Source: a virus
Length of the DNA stretch: 64,000 nt
Strand: one strand, 5' to 3'
IMG/VR virus record: IMGVR_UViG_3300045988_161114
Span: 64,001-128,000 of that record
How positions within the stretch are numbered: the first letter of the stretch is position 1; every line of letters starts with the position of its first letter. This document shows positions 37,475-48,459 of the stretch, in pieces. A program made the translations under genes and the position numbers. The notes under the pieces are model-generated. The model searched no databases, was not told the DNA's origin, and saw only the letters and a list, made by a program, of their open reading frames with translations.

Positions 37475-39110
37475 CTGTTTTGCCCCCGATTGGTCTAAAG
37501 TTTATACTTATACCAAACATATCAGCTATTTGACTTAGCCCTCCATCATACCTAGATGAAGATGGGTTAAAGTTTGTTATATAAGACATATATGAATCTT
37601 TTAATTTATCACCTATAAAGTCATCTTCAGTATATGGATTATATTGTATGCCAATTATAAAAACCATAAAAGAACCTTTAGCAAACTTATCTTTTATAAT
37701 TGATGATCCACAAAATGTAACAGAGGTATCTGCAAATGTACCCGCAGCTATTGGATTTGAAACTCCATACTCAGACATTGATGTTATACTATTGACGAAT
37801 AGACTATATAAGTTCTTATTATTATTCAATAATGTCGGAATAGTTTTTGTGTCTACCCCTTCAAATAATGGAAGCTTCGGGTTAGAATTTTTTTCATCTG
37901 CTATCCCTGAAAATGGGTCTATATAATTCCAGGGGCTAAGAGATATCATAGCCGACGCTTTAGATATATTAGATATTTTAATATCTTTAATACTTTTTAA
38001 TTCTTCATTTTTAGTATCTGGATTATAAACATTCCTACTCTTATCTGGAACGAATATATCTACGTAATAAGAACTTCCTTCTTTATATACATCATTTATA
38101 TATATAAAAAATTCTGTAGGAAGTTTAATTCTTGGCAATTTATCATATTTTAGTCCAGATAGCTGTAGGTTGGCATTTATTTCAACGCCAGGTATAGGAG
38201 TTAATACGTCTTCCTCATTACCATCGCAGTGTAATGTTGAGGCAACAGCAAATGATTTATAACCTATAGTATATTTTATAGCTTTTATAATATTATTATT
38301 ATAATTATAATAATGAGCACCACCAACTGAAACGCCGGTAATTTTCTTCTTATAGCCTAAAAATGTTACACCATTAAATGTTTTTGTCTTTTTTAGATCC
38401 TCAGAAAAGTCTTGATCAAGCTCAACCGTATTATATGCATTTACATCTATTTGTATACCTGTTGGAGCATTTTCTCCGTAATTTAGATTCCTTGATATCA
38501 TTACAGGTATCATTACTGTTCTATTTGATGTAGCTCCATCAAGTACCTTTTTGTTCCTTTTCTCTTTACTAACCATTCCGCCAGCGCCAATTTCGCTACT
38601 ATAAGTAGTCATTGCAAATTTTCGCAATAATAATGTTAACACTGTAGAAGTAATTCCAACATTTGTTTCGGAATTATAATATTCAAGTTCTTGAGGATTA
38701 GACGCCTTTATTGCCGGAGACATAAACTTATATCTAAAAAGTCTATTAGTTACTTCGTTTGCAAAGTATGATTGTCCGGATATATCTATATCTATGCCAT
38801 CAGATATAGATTCTTCAGAGTCATAACTCTTATACGTTCTGCTAAATTTAAATTTTTTAAATCCACACTCATCAGGATATCTAGGGGAATTAAAGTTATC
38901 AAATAGCCCAGATATCATACTTGATATAACTTTACCTAACTCATCCCTACCGGTTGATGATTCCCACTGTGCTAATCCATTTGCAGTTGCCCATGAATTT
39001 TCGACTCTATTTTCAAATTGGTCTAGAAGACTAGATGGCAGAAAAACATCAAAATAATCCATCACTGATTCTCTAGTGCTTCCAGAACTTCCGTACTCTA
39101 TTTCTGCCAT
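37458..39110 (-). CDS. hypothetical virion protein (550 aa)
   Basis: ATG start. No motif recognised. Confidence 0.55.
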   Translation of the reverse strand: MAEIEYGSSGSTRESVMDYFDVFLPSSLLDQFENRVENSWATANGLAQWESSTGRDELGKVISSMISGLFDNFNSPRYPDECGFKKFKFSRTYKSYDSEESISDGIDIDISGQSYFANEVTNRLFRYKFMSPAIKASNPQELEYYNSETNVGITSTVLTLLLRKFAMTTYSSEIGAGGMVSKEKRNKKVLDGATSNRTVMIPVMISRNLNYGENAPTGIQIDVNAYNTVELDQDFSEDLKKTKTFNGVTFLGYKKKITGVSVGGAHYYNYNNNIIKAIKYTIGYKSFAVASTLHCDGNEEDVLTPIPGVEINANLQLSGLKYDKLPRIKLPTEFFIYINDVYKEGSSYYVDIFVPDKSRNVYNPDTKNEELKSIKDIKISNISKASAMISLSPWNYIDPFSGIADEKNSNPKLPLFEGVDTKTIPTLLNNNKNLYSLFVNSITSMSEYGVSNPIAAGTFADTSVTFCGSSIIKDKFAKGSFMVFIIGIQYNPYTEDDFIGDKLKDSYMSYITNFNPSSSRYDGGLSQIADMFGISINFRPIGGKTDVFEA

Positions 39111-39126
39111 CTTTTACCCTTTTATA

Positions 39127-39648
39127 TTAATCTGAACCTATAATATTTAACTCAAACGCCTCTCTAATTTCACCAGCACCTGATACATTTTCTGCTGTAC
39201 GTTTAACCCAGATAGCGTATCTATCGCCTGCATCAAGTGTATCTAGTCTTAGAGGATTCTCTTTGGTGTATTTTTCAAATGATATTCCATCTGGAGGAGT
39301 TGTCTCTGAAGCCGCAATATTTGCGTCTGTGTTTTTAGTATCAACTTTTGCTAATGTGAATTTAGCATATGTTACACCACCGATATATATTTTCGTTCCC
39401 AAGAATGGGCCTTTATTTGGTCCAGTTGGGTTATTGTAAATATATAAACATCGGTAATCTGAAGCATTAGATGCATTGTCAGCCTGACTTACATCATCCC
39501 ATATGTCATTTAGTTTAAATGAATTTTCTGTTATTACATGAGATATTGATCCAGATTCGGCCATTTTACCACCAATAGAGTCTTTGATATTCGCAACTGC
39601 TTTATTGGTAGCACTACCGGTAGAAAGTCTTAGTTCGATATTTGCCAT
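39127..39648 (-). CDS. hypothetical virion protein (173 aa)
   Basis: ATG start. N-terminus reads MANIELRLSTGSATNKAV. No secure family assignment. Confidence 0.5.
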   Translation of the reverse strand: MANIELRLSTGSATNKAVANIKDSIGGKMAESGSISHVITENSFKLNDIWDDVSQADNASNASDYRCLYIYNNPTGPNKGPFLGTKIYIGGVTYAKFTLAKVDTKNTDANIAASETTPPDGISFEKYTKENPLRLDTLDAGDRYAIWVKRTAENVSGAGEIREAFELNIIGSD

Positions 39649-41163
39649 TTATTCTCTCTTAGTTCCGTCGTATGTGGTTATAGAAATATATGCGCCGCCA
39701 TTACTTTCAATGAATTTTATTAATGACTCATTTGGGTAGTAACGTATTTTTCCATAATCCTCTGTTTTTACACCTTTGTATTCTAGGAATGTATGTGAGA
39801 ATTCTGGGAATTCTCGACCTATTGTTTTTAAATCATTACAATTAGTGTGATGATACCATAATCCGTATTTTAATATATTAGCATACTGAGGAGCTATATA
39901 TCTTTCTACATCATCGGATGTGGAGTCTCTAAATAAAAGAGTTTCTTTATCGTTATGATATATTTCTATTGAATATTGAAATCCTCCACTAGATTTAAAG
40001 TTTCTTTGGACATCAAAATCTATATAGTCCATCTCATATATAAACATTGAGAAGTGAGGATGTGAAACTTTATCTATTACATCATATGCTAGTATATTAT
40101 ATGATGGTGGATATATTATAAGTTTAAATGTTGATAATGGTATAGGATTATTTTGTTTGATAAGCTTTGTCAGCTTTGTAAGATTTACTCTTACTTTTGA
40201 ATTGCATACATAAGCCCCTGGCTTATATACTTTTTTAGACATTATTCTTTTGAGATCAAGTCCATCGTAAATTCTAGTCCACGATTGACATTGTTCGCTC
40301 ATAGACTTCCATCTTATTTGAGCACCTGCTTCAAGATATTGAGGATGTCTTATGTTAAGATCTTTTTCATAGAATTCTTTTGGTCTACTTGATTCATCAA
40401 CAAGTCTTGTTGTCCCAAAGTAAAATTCTACTGGAGAATCTTCTGTAGCCTTTGGCTTAGGTATTCCAGTTAACATTGGAGCGGTTTTACTCATATCAGA
40501 ATTGAAATTATCAGAACCTTTTTCTATGAATTGTATATCATATGCTAAGTTACATCTAAATATATTTCTTGGCGTATTCGGCATTAAATGGAATTCACCA
40601 ATATGTATATCTATATAATCATTTTCGTACTTATCTTTTTTTATTTGATCTTTGAATGAGTATGAAACTTCACCATCTGATTGTATATTGGCATGGATAG
40701 TTATAGCACAACCATTTATTGTAGATGAATTATATGAGTATCCATTTGACGACCTTAATGCATACATCTTTTCAATGTATGCTGGTTCTGTTTTCCATCT
40801 ATCTATAATAGATGCAAATGACCCATCAAATAATTCTCTATCGTTTATTATCTCATGCATGCCATATGTAGAACCTAGAGCTTCAAAGTATTTAAAGGTA
40901 TGAAATGGTTCTCTATACAAGAATGTTGTTCTCTCTACAGTCTCATATTTTGTTTTGCCATTATCCTTTTTTACTTGTTCTCGTATAAGCTCTTTTTTAA
41001 TGGCTCTTGGAGGACCTTCGAATCCTTCAAATGTAGAATGCACAGATGGTATAGCAAATGTTCCAAGAGTATTGTATACAAGTGTAGCACCAGTTTTAAA
41101 CTCTGGATCTCTCACAAGATAATTATCTCCTGCAAGTTTCTTATAATCTACTAACTCTGTCAT
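39649..41163 (-). CDS. hypothetical virion protein (504 aa)
   Basis: The ORF-track start at 41172 is GTG. The ATG at 41163 forms an ATGA overlap with the upstream stop and is preferred. Confidence 0.55.
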   Translation of the reverse strand: MTELVDYKKLAGDNYLVRDPEFKTGATLVYNTLGTFAIPSVHSTFEGFEGPPRAIKKELIREQVKKDNGKTKYETVERTTFLYREPFHTFKYFEALGSTYGMHEIINDRELFDGSFASIIDRWKTEPAYIEKMYALRSSNGYSYNSSTINGCAITIHANIQSDGEVSYSFKDQIKKDKYENDYIDIHIGEFHLMPNTPRNIFRCNLAYDIQFIEKGSDNFNSDMSKTAPMLTGIPKPKATEDSPVEFYFGTTRLVDESSRPKEFYEKDLNIRHPQYLEAGAQIRWKSMSEQCQSWTRIYDGLDLKRIMSKKVYKPGAYVCNSKVRVNLTKLTKLIKQNNPIPLSTFKLIIYPPSYNILAYDVIDKVSHPHFSMFIYEMDYIDFDVQRNFKSSGGFQYSIEIYHNDKETLLFRDSTSDDVERYIAPQYANILKYGLWYHHTNCNDLKTIGREFPEFSHTFLEYKGVKTEDYGKIRYYPNESLIKFIESNGGAYISITTYDGTKRE

Positions 41164-42203
41164 TCTTTCCACCTACGTATTACATCTGGTGCACTAGGGT
41201 CAACGTTTTGTATTAATTCTATTTGTAATACTTTGCCGGCCCTTATTATAGAGAATTCTAGTATATATTTGGGCAATTCGTACAATCCCATCATTGATAG
41301 ATGATAATTGTCAAATGCTTCCATAAACTCAACATCAAATGAGTTTATATCTGTAGTGTTCTTATCTATCTCTTTGTCGAACACTATTAATGCTTTAGAT
41401 GGTTGTCGAACTTCAAGTCTGTATAAAGCAGAGCTTTTAGTTGTTCCATCTGCTGTTGTAGTTGTAGCTGCGCCTGAACCATTTAAGCCATTATAGAATT
41501 CTTTTAGATCAGATTCTCCTATTCTACCAGATGTAGATTTAGGAGTTTTATCTTCTAACGGACTTGCGGTACCAGTACCAAATTCAAGTTTAAAATCTTT
41601 ATCAAGTATTTGAGATGCTGTAACAGTTATGGATATTTCATCCCCTATATGAGGAACAAATCCATCTTTAAATGATATATCTACACCTCTTATATTTATA
41701 TCACTAGGGACTGTTATTAGTTTTGAGTTTTCTACTAATTGTCCGTCTATAGATACACTGGCTACGAATATCTTATTTGCGTCGTTAAGGAATCCTGATG
41801 AAGCCTTTATTAAAACATCCTTGTCGTTGACAGAACTTGATATAAGATTGGCATCATTGCCATTTATTTGATGAACATTAGATATACTCATTAATCCAGA
41901 GTCAATATAAAGGGCGTATTTTGAATTATCCTGTAATGCCTCTTTAGGGATAATTGTTATTACGCCATCTTTATATTCTATATCTATTTCCTCTGTTCTG
42001 AATTCATCAATTCTAAACATATCACTATATGATCTTGCATAGTGATTTAGCCCATCTTTATTATGAATTCTTTTCAGAGTTATATGTTCATTAAGCGCAT
42101 ATGGAAAGTAACTGCCAGATAATTTAAGTTTTATCGCGCCCTTTAATGGCATAAATTTTAATTCTTCTTCGGAATTTAATACTTTTAATATATTATCTGA
42201 CAT
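41160..42203 (-). CDS. hypothetical virion protein (347 aa)
   Basis: ATG start. No motif recognised. Confidence 0.55.
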   Translation of the reverse strand: MSDNILKVLNSEEELKFMPLKGAIKLKLSGSYFPYALNEHITLKRIHNKDGLNHYARSYSDMFRIDEFRTEEIDIEYKDGVITIIPKEALQDNSKYALYIDSGLMSISNVHQINGNDANLISSSVNDKDVLIKASSGFLNDANKIFVASVSIDGQLVENSKLITVPSDINIRGVDISFKDGFVPHIGDEISITVTASQILDKDFKLEFGTGTASPLEDKTPKSTSGRIGESDLKEFYNGLNGSGAATTTTADGTTKSSALYRLEVRQPSKALIVFDKEIDKNTTDINSFDVEFMEAFDNYHLSMMGLYELPKYILEFSIIRAGKVLQIELIQNVDPSAPDVIRRWKE

Positions 42204-42210
42204 AATTATA

Positions 42211-42798
42211 TTACTCTTCTGATACTACTTCTTCTTGTTTTTCTTCTTGAGCTTGTTCTTCTACATGAGCATCAAGAGCAGCTAATTGTTCTTCGATTAG
42301 AGCAACAACTGTTTTACGGTTTTTAGATTCAACTTCTGCATTTAGAGCATACTCTAAAGCCTCTTTAGTTTGATATGGAGAGTTTTTCAGAGAAACAAGT
42401 GCTTGTGCGCCGGAAGCATTGATAACTTTATCAGCAACAAATGTTTCCATATCAGATTTCAATTGTTTTCTTTCCAGAATTTCAGCAGTGGTTGTTACAT
42501 TACCATTTTCATCAACAACCTCGGCATCAACAACCTCTACAGATGTTTCATTTTGAAGATGGAATACTTTGTCAGTTTCGCCATCAGAAACTTGAGCACG
42601 AAGTTCCAGAGCAATATTCATGATATCATCTGCATTTGCAGTAGACTCTAAAGTGCCAGAACGAATGTAGTGAGAGATAATCTCAAGGTCAGCAATATTC
42701 AATTTATCAGAATCGAGAACTTTTTCTTGTCCTCTTATCATAGAGAATTTTTCACCAAATAAGAATGATGAACCAACTAGTTTAATTTTTATTTGCAT
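42211..42798 (-). CDS. hypothetical acidic protein downstream of the capsid gene (195 aa)
   Basis: ATG start. Acidic C-terminus (EEQAQEEKQEEVVSEE). Codon usage resembles that of the abundant virion genes. Confidence 0.55.
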   Translation of the reverse strand: MQIKIKLVGSSFLFGEKFSMIRGQEKVLDSDKLNIADLEIISHYIRSGTLESTANADDIMNIALELRAQVSDGETDKVFHLQNETSVEVVDAEVVDENGNVTTTAEILERKQLKSDMETFVADKVINASGAQALVSLKNSPYQTKEALEYALNAEVESKNRKTVVALIEEQLAALDAHVEEQAQEEKQEEVVSEE

Positions 42799-42810
42799 AT
42801 ATTTTTAATC

Positions 42811-42847
42811 CAATAAAAAGGGAGGTAGGGAGTAGACCCTACCTCCC
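42811..42847 (-). terminator. rho-independent terminator/attenuator after the major capsid gene
   Basis: Perfect 11-bp G+C-rich stem GGGAGGTAGGG/CCCTACCTCCC (42820-42830 / 42837-42847) with a 6-nt loop. On the minus strand it is followed by CTTTTTATTGG. Confidence 0.85.
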
Positions 42848-42877
42848 AATTAGTCAATAAACACTTATGGGTTTATA

Positions 42878-44101
42878 TTAGCCTTTACGTTGAATACGTG
42901 GGATATTGCTAACAATTGCTTGTGGAGGCAGAACAATTTCGTTAGGCTCGATGCTTACGTTGCGAGCAACAGAAATAGCTTGACCTTCGTTGAAGATTGC
43001 AATACCATAGCGTTCGCGGATTTTAACCTTTTTGATGTCTCTTGCTGGGTCATCCCATTCGTCCATAGTAGGATTCTCGATAACGCACAGAGCACCAAGT
43101 TCTTTAGTATCGATCATGATAATGTCAGTAGTTTTAGCTACTGGGTCGAAGCGTACATGTGGAGATGCGATAATACGCAGACCGGCAGTTCCAGGGAAGT
43201 ATGATGGGAGTTTGAATGTGCTTTCTTGAGTACCAACACGCTCGTTAGCGGTAGGATTGAAAGCAGTGTCGCCAGACATACGTGTAGCATTACGCCAAGC
43301 TTCAGGGATAAATTTACCTTGACCAATGTTAGAATTAGGCATTGTGCTGAACCATTCGTTCAGACCACCACCTTGCAATGCATATTCGCGCAGAACTGGA
43401 TCTTTAGCAAATGTAGCCCAAGCCAATGGGTGGCACAGAATTACGTCAGGAGTAAATCCACGTTCCAGAGTTGAGGCATACATATCATACATGTCATCAG
43501 CGGTGAATGAACCATTACCAGCACCAGACAGGTCACGACCAGTTGTACGACCGATCAGAGATTGATCAGGGTTCAGGTTGTCGAATACAACAACACCGGC
43601 GTTATTAATTACGTTGAAGATGTTTTCTTCACGGGCACGAGCCATAGCTTTACCCAATTCGCGCAGAGTGTAACCAACAACATCCCATTGGTTGTTATTC
43701 AGCATTTCTTCAGTAATGCGGACAGCCAAACCGTATTTACCGATAATGGCACTTACTTGTCCACCACCGTTAGTGGTGCTGAATTCTGGATATTCTTGGC
43801 CTTCCGCCATAGAGATATCACCAACATCGATTGCGCCTAGTGTACGGAATTTAACTTCGGTAACATATGGGCCATTAAATTCGATACGTTGTAGCAATGA
43901 TTGACCGATCAGGTTAGGCTCAATGCCTTCCAAAACGACTTCCTCAATAACACGCTTCATGATTGTAGCGATGTTAGGAGTTGCCAAAGTATCTTTAATT
44001 GACATCACTTCGCCAGTGATATCACGACCGTTGTTTTTAAACAGAGAGTGCAAGGTCTGTAGTTCGTCTCTGATATTCAGTTTATCTTCTGTTGTAGACA
44101 T
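42878..44101 (-). CDS. major capsid protein, HK97-fold type (407 aa)
   Basis: Position after the protease-scaffold and decoration-like genes. Size, strongly biased G+C-richer codon usage and a dedicated downstream terminator all support the call. Sequence character is typical of HK97-like MCPs. Confidence 0.8.
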   Translation of the reverse strand: MSTTEDKLNIRDELQTLHSLFKNNGRDITGEVMSIKDTLATPNIATIMKRVIEEVVLEGIEPNLIGQSLLQRIEFNGPYVTEVKFRTLGAIDVGDISMAEGQEYPEFSTTNGGGQVSAIIGKYGLAVRITEEMLNNNQWDVVGYTLRELGKAMARAREENIFNVINNAGVVVFDNLNPDQSLIGRTTGRDLSGAGNGSFTADDMYDMYASTLERGFTPDVILCHPLAWATFAKDPVLREYALQGGGLNEWFSTMPNSNIGQGKFIPEAWRNATRMSGDTAFNPTANERVGTQESTFKLPSYFPGTAGLRIIASPHVRFDPVAKTTDIIMIDTKELGALCVIENPTMDEWDDPARDIKKVKIRERYGIAIFNEGQAISVARNVSIEPNEIVLPPQAIVSNIPRIQRKG

Positions 44102-44134
44102 ATTATGTATTTTCCTAATTTACTTTTTACTATC

Positions 44135-45007
44135 TTATCTATTTATAAGGTTAATACGAACTAAGCCATAGCCACCAGAATATGATAATTTGTGACCAAC
44201 ACCATCAGTCGCACTACCAGGCATCTTATTCAATTCGCCACCACCATTAGCTGATGTGCGAACATATTTCAACATGCTATTTGCACGAGGTTTAACAACT
44301 TGTAATACTTGACCAAGGACTTTGTCGCCTGTTTTCTCTGTAGTAACGATCAAGTTAGAGTTTTTGTCGAATGTAACGAAATCACCAGGTTTAACTGTTG
44401 TGAAGTCAGCGATTGTACCAGTGCCAGCCATAGGGCCTTTGGCAGCAATGAATGCAGCAATACCAGCCATAGGGGCTTTGGCGTAAACATCATCGCTTTC
44501 AACAATAGGCAATTCAATTACATAGTCAGTAGTGAATGTTACACGGTTTTGATAATTCAAGTTTTGGAAGTTCAGATCCAATGGATTAATACCATCACCG
44601 CCTGGGTTGCGCAGATAGTCGAAGAATGCAACACCAACTGGTGCAGAGACAGTAATGCCAGCAGCTTTCATTTTATCAGCAACTTTTTCGCCAGCTACAA
44701 CAGCTTTGCCATCTGGACCAATAACGCCTTCTTGTACATCAACTACAGTATAAGTAGCTTCAGAATCTAGGATACCAGCTGGAACCAAGTAACCATTGCT
44801 ATCAAATGCAACAACTTTACCAGTTGATACAACTACATGGGTGTATACTTCTTCGCCCTTGCCACGAACAAATGGCAGGTAAGGGGCAGGCATAAACTGA
44901 CCTGCAGGGTGCATACCCTCAGAGAACATCACCGCTGGGGTCTGCCAGTCACCTTTATTGTAGTGTTTTGTGTTTTGTTTTTTATTAATAGAATATGGTG
45001 AAAACAT
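44135..45007 (-). CDS. abundant head protein, decoration-protein slot (290 aa)
   Basis: Lies between the protease-scaffold and MCP genes (the lambda D-like position). Has the same expression-biased codon usage as the MCP. Function inferred from position only. Confidence 0.45.
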   Translation of the reverse strand: MFSPYSINKKQNTKHYNKGDWQTPAVMFSEGMHPAGQFMPAPYLPFVRGKGEEVYTHVVVSTGKVVAFDSNGYLVPAGILDSEATYTVVDVQEGVIGPDGKAVVAGEKVADKMKAAGITVSAPVGVAFFDYLRNPGGDGINPLDLNFQNLNYQNRVTFTTDYVIELPIVESDDVYAKAPMAGIAAFIAAKGPMAGTGTIADFTTVKPGDFVTFDKNSNLIVTTEKTGDKVLGQVLQVVKPRANSMLKYVRTSANGGGELNKMPGSATDGVGHKLSYSGGYGLVRINLINR

Positions 45008-45034
45008 ATTTTAAAACTCCGCTATTAGTAGCTA

Positions 45035-46678
45035 TTATGCATTAATTTTTGCATTGCGTTTAAATTGTAAAGCTTTTGTTAGGCCCTGCTCTTTAAGAAC
45101 TCGTTTGTATTCTGCTTCAAGTTCTTTTTTATCCTTAAAGACTAAATTCTGTTCGTCTTTAATTTGGTGTTCAGCTTCGCCTTTTTCTTTACCAGTATCT
45201 GTTTGCCCTTCGCCATCAACGGAGTCTGTAATTGTCAGCCCATCTTTAGGAAGAGTATTTTTCTCTTGAGAGTCTTCTACTTTAGTACCCTCTGCATCTT
45301 TAACATCTGTATTCTCTTTTATTTCTTTTTGTTGAGAATCTTTGATGTCTTGTAATTTATCCATCAGAGAATCAATTGATCTTTCTTTCAATCTCTCTAT
45401 TTTATCAGAGTCTTCAATTTTATCAAGAGCTGAAATTTGAGAAATTAATGAATCACGAAGTTGTGTTTCAAGTTCAATTACTTTGCTTGAAAGAATTTGA
45501 TTTTCTTTTGCCAATGCTTTTGTTCTTGCACTTTGATATGAGCTAGCTTTGATACCAAGAGAGTCTTGAATTTTAGCAACCACTAGGTCAGCTAATGCGC
45601 TAGTGTCGATACTGTCTTTAACAACTACTTTTGGCTCTTCAGTTACTTTAGCTCCCTCAATTACAGAGACGTAATCTGTTACACCAAGCTCAGACAGTTT
45701 TTCATCTATAAGCTGCAAGATACTTTGTTTATCTTCTGAATCTTCAATTTTTGTAATGAAGAAATCTTTAGCCAATGATGCGCTTAAAGCATCAGAAATC
45801 GGGAATGACTGTTCTTCGATAAAGATATAATTTGATTTATCTTTGATATCTGTAGGACATACAAAGTCTTTGATCCCTAATTCCTTAGCGTGGTCTACAA
45901 GGATGTCATTTGATTTATCAAGTTCGTCCAGTTTTACCATTGTTGTATTGCCTTGTGTTAATGTTTCAAAATCTAATATTGATAAATACGATCTATGCTC
46001 TTCGGCGTCTCGTATTAATGTTGATACTGCTTTTTTATCTGCAGGGACATCTACATATGATACATGTTCAAAAACCATATCTCCACCGATGTAGAAGCAT
46101 GGCTCGCCATTGTACTTGGCTCCCCTCATATGCCTGTGGCCATTTTTAACACTTTCACCACAAATAGAACATATAGCAGATTTAGCATTACCGCCAACAG
46201 ATACAGAAACATATTTGTTGTCTAATATCTTATTAATAGCGTCTGGATCTGTAATCTTTGCTATAAGCTCAACATGACCCAACCCCTTATAATCACTCTT
46301 TCTGTAATTAGGGCTTTTTATAAAATCTTTTATTTCTTTGATGGAATTCTTGCTAACAGGATTAAGAAGTTTTTCCGGAGCATCACTATAGGATATATAA
46401 TTAGCTTCAATTACACGGCCAAGAGTTTCCGAATCATCTAAATGATCTCTTGTAACTCTTTTAGCATATGGACGTATAAAACTCTTAGCGCCGCTGCTCA
46501 TTCCATATGGAGAATAATACCAGTAGTTCCCATTTACTTTACCGGAATGTGTTGCCTCCATTTTAACGGTGACACTTTTCAACTTCCCGGATTTTAGAGA
46601 GTCTTGAATTTTTACTTCTAGATCTCTATCTATATCTACTATAGTTGGGATACCTAACTTTTCTGAAAACTGATTCAA
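45035..46678 (-). CDS. prohead protease (HK97/S78-like) fused to an acidic coiled-coil scaffold region (547 aa)
   Basis: TTG start overlapping the portal stop (TTGA), with a GGGGA Shine-Dalgarno. DHLDDSETLGRV, GHVELIAKITDPDAINKILDNKYVSVSVGG and FEHVSYVDVPADKKA resemble the H...G, S-x-G-(F/G) and (L)-x-E-V-S-x-V-x-x-P-A motifs of HK97-type proteases. The C-terminal 300 aa are charged and coiled-coil-like. Confidence 0.6.
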   Translation of the reverse strand: MNQFSEKLGIPTIVDIDRDLEVKIQDSLKSGKLKSVTVKMEATHSGKVNGNYWYYSPYGMSSGAKSFIRPYAKRVTRDHLDDSETLGRVIEANYISYSDAPEKLLNPVSKNSIKEIKDFIKSPNYRKSDYKGLGHVELIAKITDPDAINKILDNKYVSVSVGGNAKSAICSICGESVKNGHRHMRGAKYNGEPCFYIGGDMVFEHVSYVDVPADKKAVSTLIRDAEEHRSYLSILDFETLTQGNTTMVKLDELDKSNDILVDHAKELGIKDFVCPTDIKDKSNYIFIEEQSFPISDALSASLAKDFFITKIEDSEDKQSILQLIDEKLSELGVTDYVSVIEGAKVTEEPKVVVKDSIDTSALADLVVAKIQDSLGIKASSYQSARTKALAKENQILSSKVIELETQLRDSLISQISALDKIEDSDKIERLKERSIDSLMDKLQDIKDSQQKEIKENTDVKDAEGTKVEDSQEKNTLPKDGLTITDSVDGEGQTDTGKEKGEAEHQIKDEQNLVFKDKKELEAEYKRVLKEQGLTKALQFKRNAKINA

Positions 46679-48459
46679 ACTAAGTCCCCTAATGTAATAT
46701 ACGTGTCAAATAGGATATTGTCAATATCCTTTATTGTATTTTCGCTATCTCTTAACTCTGATATTTCTAATGCTGCAAGAGAACTTATATCATCTATTAT
46801 ATTATCTGAAAATATATTCGTCTTGTCAATGCTGCATTTTAAATAATTTGATATTGTTTGAGAAGTTATGTTAATATCGTTTCTGGATTTAACAATACTA
46901 TCTAACAATTCTATTGGGGAGCATAATTCTAAAGAATCAGTATATTGGTTAGATGGAGATACTTTTGACTTAGTAGCGGATTTACTTCCATCACTCTTTG
47001 TAGAGTTTCCGGAACTATTCGTTTCCTTTGCAGAAGCTGCTGCTGTTTTAGCAGATATTCTAGTAGACTCTGCTGAAGCCTTATTTAAGTCAACCTCTGT
47101 AGGAGGCAGTATATATTCTTTTTCTTTACCAATATTTTTTATTTGCTCTTCAGATAGCTCTCTATATCCATTCTCTTTTCTTGCTTCATTGAATGTCAAT
47201 AGTCCACTATTAAACATATTTAATATGTGTGATTCTGATTTTATTTGTGAATCTTGATCAACATTATTGAATTCAAATGATACAAGGTCTTCGTCAGATA
47301 TTTCATATTCGGCAGCGTACATTCCAGATTCTACAAGAAGCGGCTTAAAGAATCTTTGTGTAATAAAGTCTGCAATTACATGTTGCATATTTATTACTGC
47401 TTCTTTTAATGTCTGTGATACTATCTGTCCTGTTGCTTTGCCAGATGAATCACCTATACCCATATCTAGGTCTGAAACACCAAGTCCAAGCATTACTCTA
47501 TCTTTGAAATATTCTAGGTATGTCTCAACACGAAGAGCTAATGATTCTGCACCTATAGCCTTTATCTCAACTCTTTCGTTTGTAGTTACACCACCGTAAT
47601 CGTCCAAATCAGACATAACACTAGTCATAGAAGCCACTTCATCTTCGCCGTTACTTAATATAGTTGCAGGTTTAGACTCTGTACCAACTTTGACGTGGAT
47701 AAGTGGGAACAGGGACTTATATATTAATGTTTCTACTGATTCTTCGATTCTTCTCAATGCCATTATGTCGTCTTTTACAGACTCTAATGGCGGCGTACCC
47801 ATAGTAAACCCTGTACGTTTATTATAGGTTAGGTGAGCAATCTTTTCAGGTTTAAAGATCCTAAAGTTGTTAGAATCTATATATTGCCTATATACAGATA
47901 TTTCACCATTTGGCTTTATCTTCCGCTGCATTGACTCAGTTGGAAGATTGAACCATCCAGCTATAGGTTCAATTTCGTTACCATCTATAGATACAGTTTT
48001 ACCATTGGATTTGTCTTTATCTCTAACAAGGACGACGTATGCATTATGAAACATAATAAGGTTATTTGTCAATTCCTCAACAAATGACTTAAATGTAACA
48101 CCTGATACATATTCTATCTCGCGCAATCTTTGCTTGATATATTCTATGTTTGCATCGTTATTTGATTTAAAGAAATATCCGTTTTTAAATATAAGAGCAC
48201 GTTTTCTTTCAAATGCCCTAGCAACAATTGCTTCTGTATCTATTATTCTAGAATATTCAAAGAGGTCATATTCATGACCTCTGTATCCAGATTCATCATT
48301 CCTATAATATCTTCTAGACCCAAAATATGAATATCCTGGAGTATCTAGTCTTCTTTTAGGAATCTTATTAGCAGTCTTTACAGCATTGGAAAATATTTTT
48401 CTATCACCAATAGGTAGATAATTAGTCTCCATTATGATGTGAGCGTCTAATGCGTCCAT
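46675..48459 (-). CDS. portal protein (594 aa)
   Basis: Size and position directly upstream of the protease-scaffold gene. AIVARAFERKRALIFKNGYFFKSNNDANIEYIKQRLREIEYVSG...MFHNAYVVLVRD resembles the conserved N-terminal region of portal families. Confidence 0.75.
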   Translation of the reverse strand: MDALDAHIIMETNYLPIGDRKIFSNAVKTANKIPKRRLDTPGYSYFGSRRYYRNDESGYRGHEYDLFEYSRIIDTEAIVARAFERKRALIFKNGYFFKSNNDANIEYIKQRLREIEYVSGVTFKSFVEELTNNLIMFHNAYVVLVRDKDKSNGKTVSIDGNEIEPIAGWFNLPTESMQRKIKPNGEISVYRQYIDSNNFRIFKPEKIAHLTYNKRTGFTMGTPPLESVKDDIMALRRIEESVETLIYKSLFPLIHVKVGTESKPATILSNGEDEVASMTSVMSDLDDYGGVTTNERVEIKAIGAESLALRVETYLEYFKDRVMLGLGVSDLDMGIGDSSGKATGQIVSQTLKEAVINMQHVIADFITQRFFKPLLVESGMYAAEYEISDEDLVSFEFNNVDQDSQIKSESHILNMFNSGLLTFNEARKENGYRELSEEQIKNIGKEKEYILPPTEVDLNKASAESTRISAKTAAASAKETNSSGNSTKSDGSKSATKSKVSPSNQYTDSLELCSPIELLDSIVKSRNDINITSQTISNYLKCSIDKTNIFSDNIIDDISSLAALEISELRDSENTIKDIDNILFDTYITLGDLV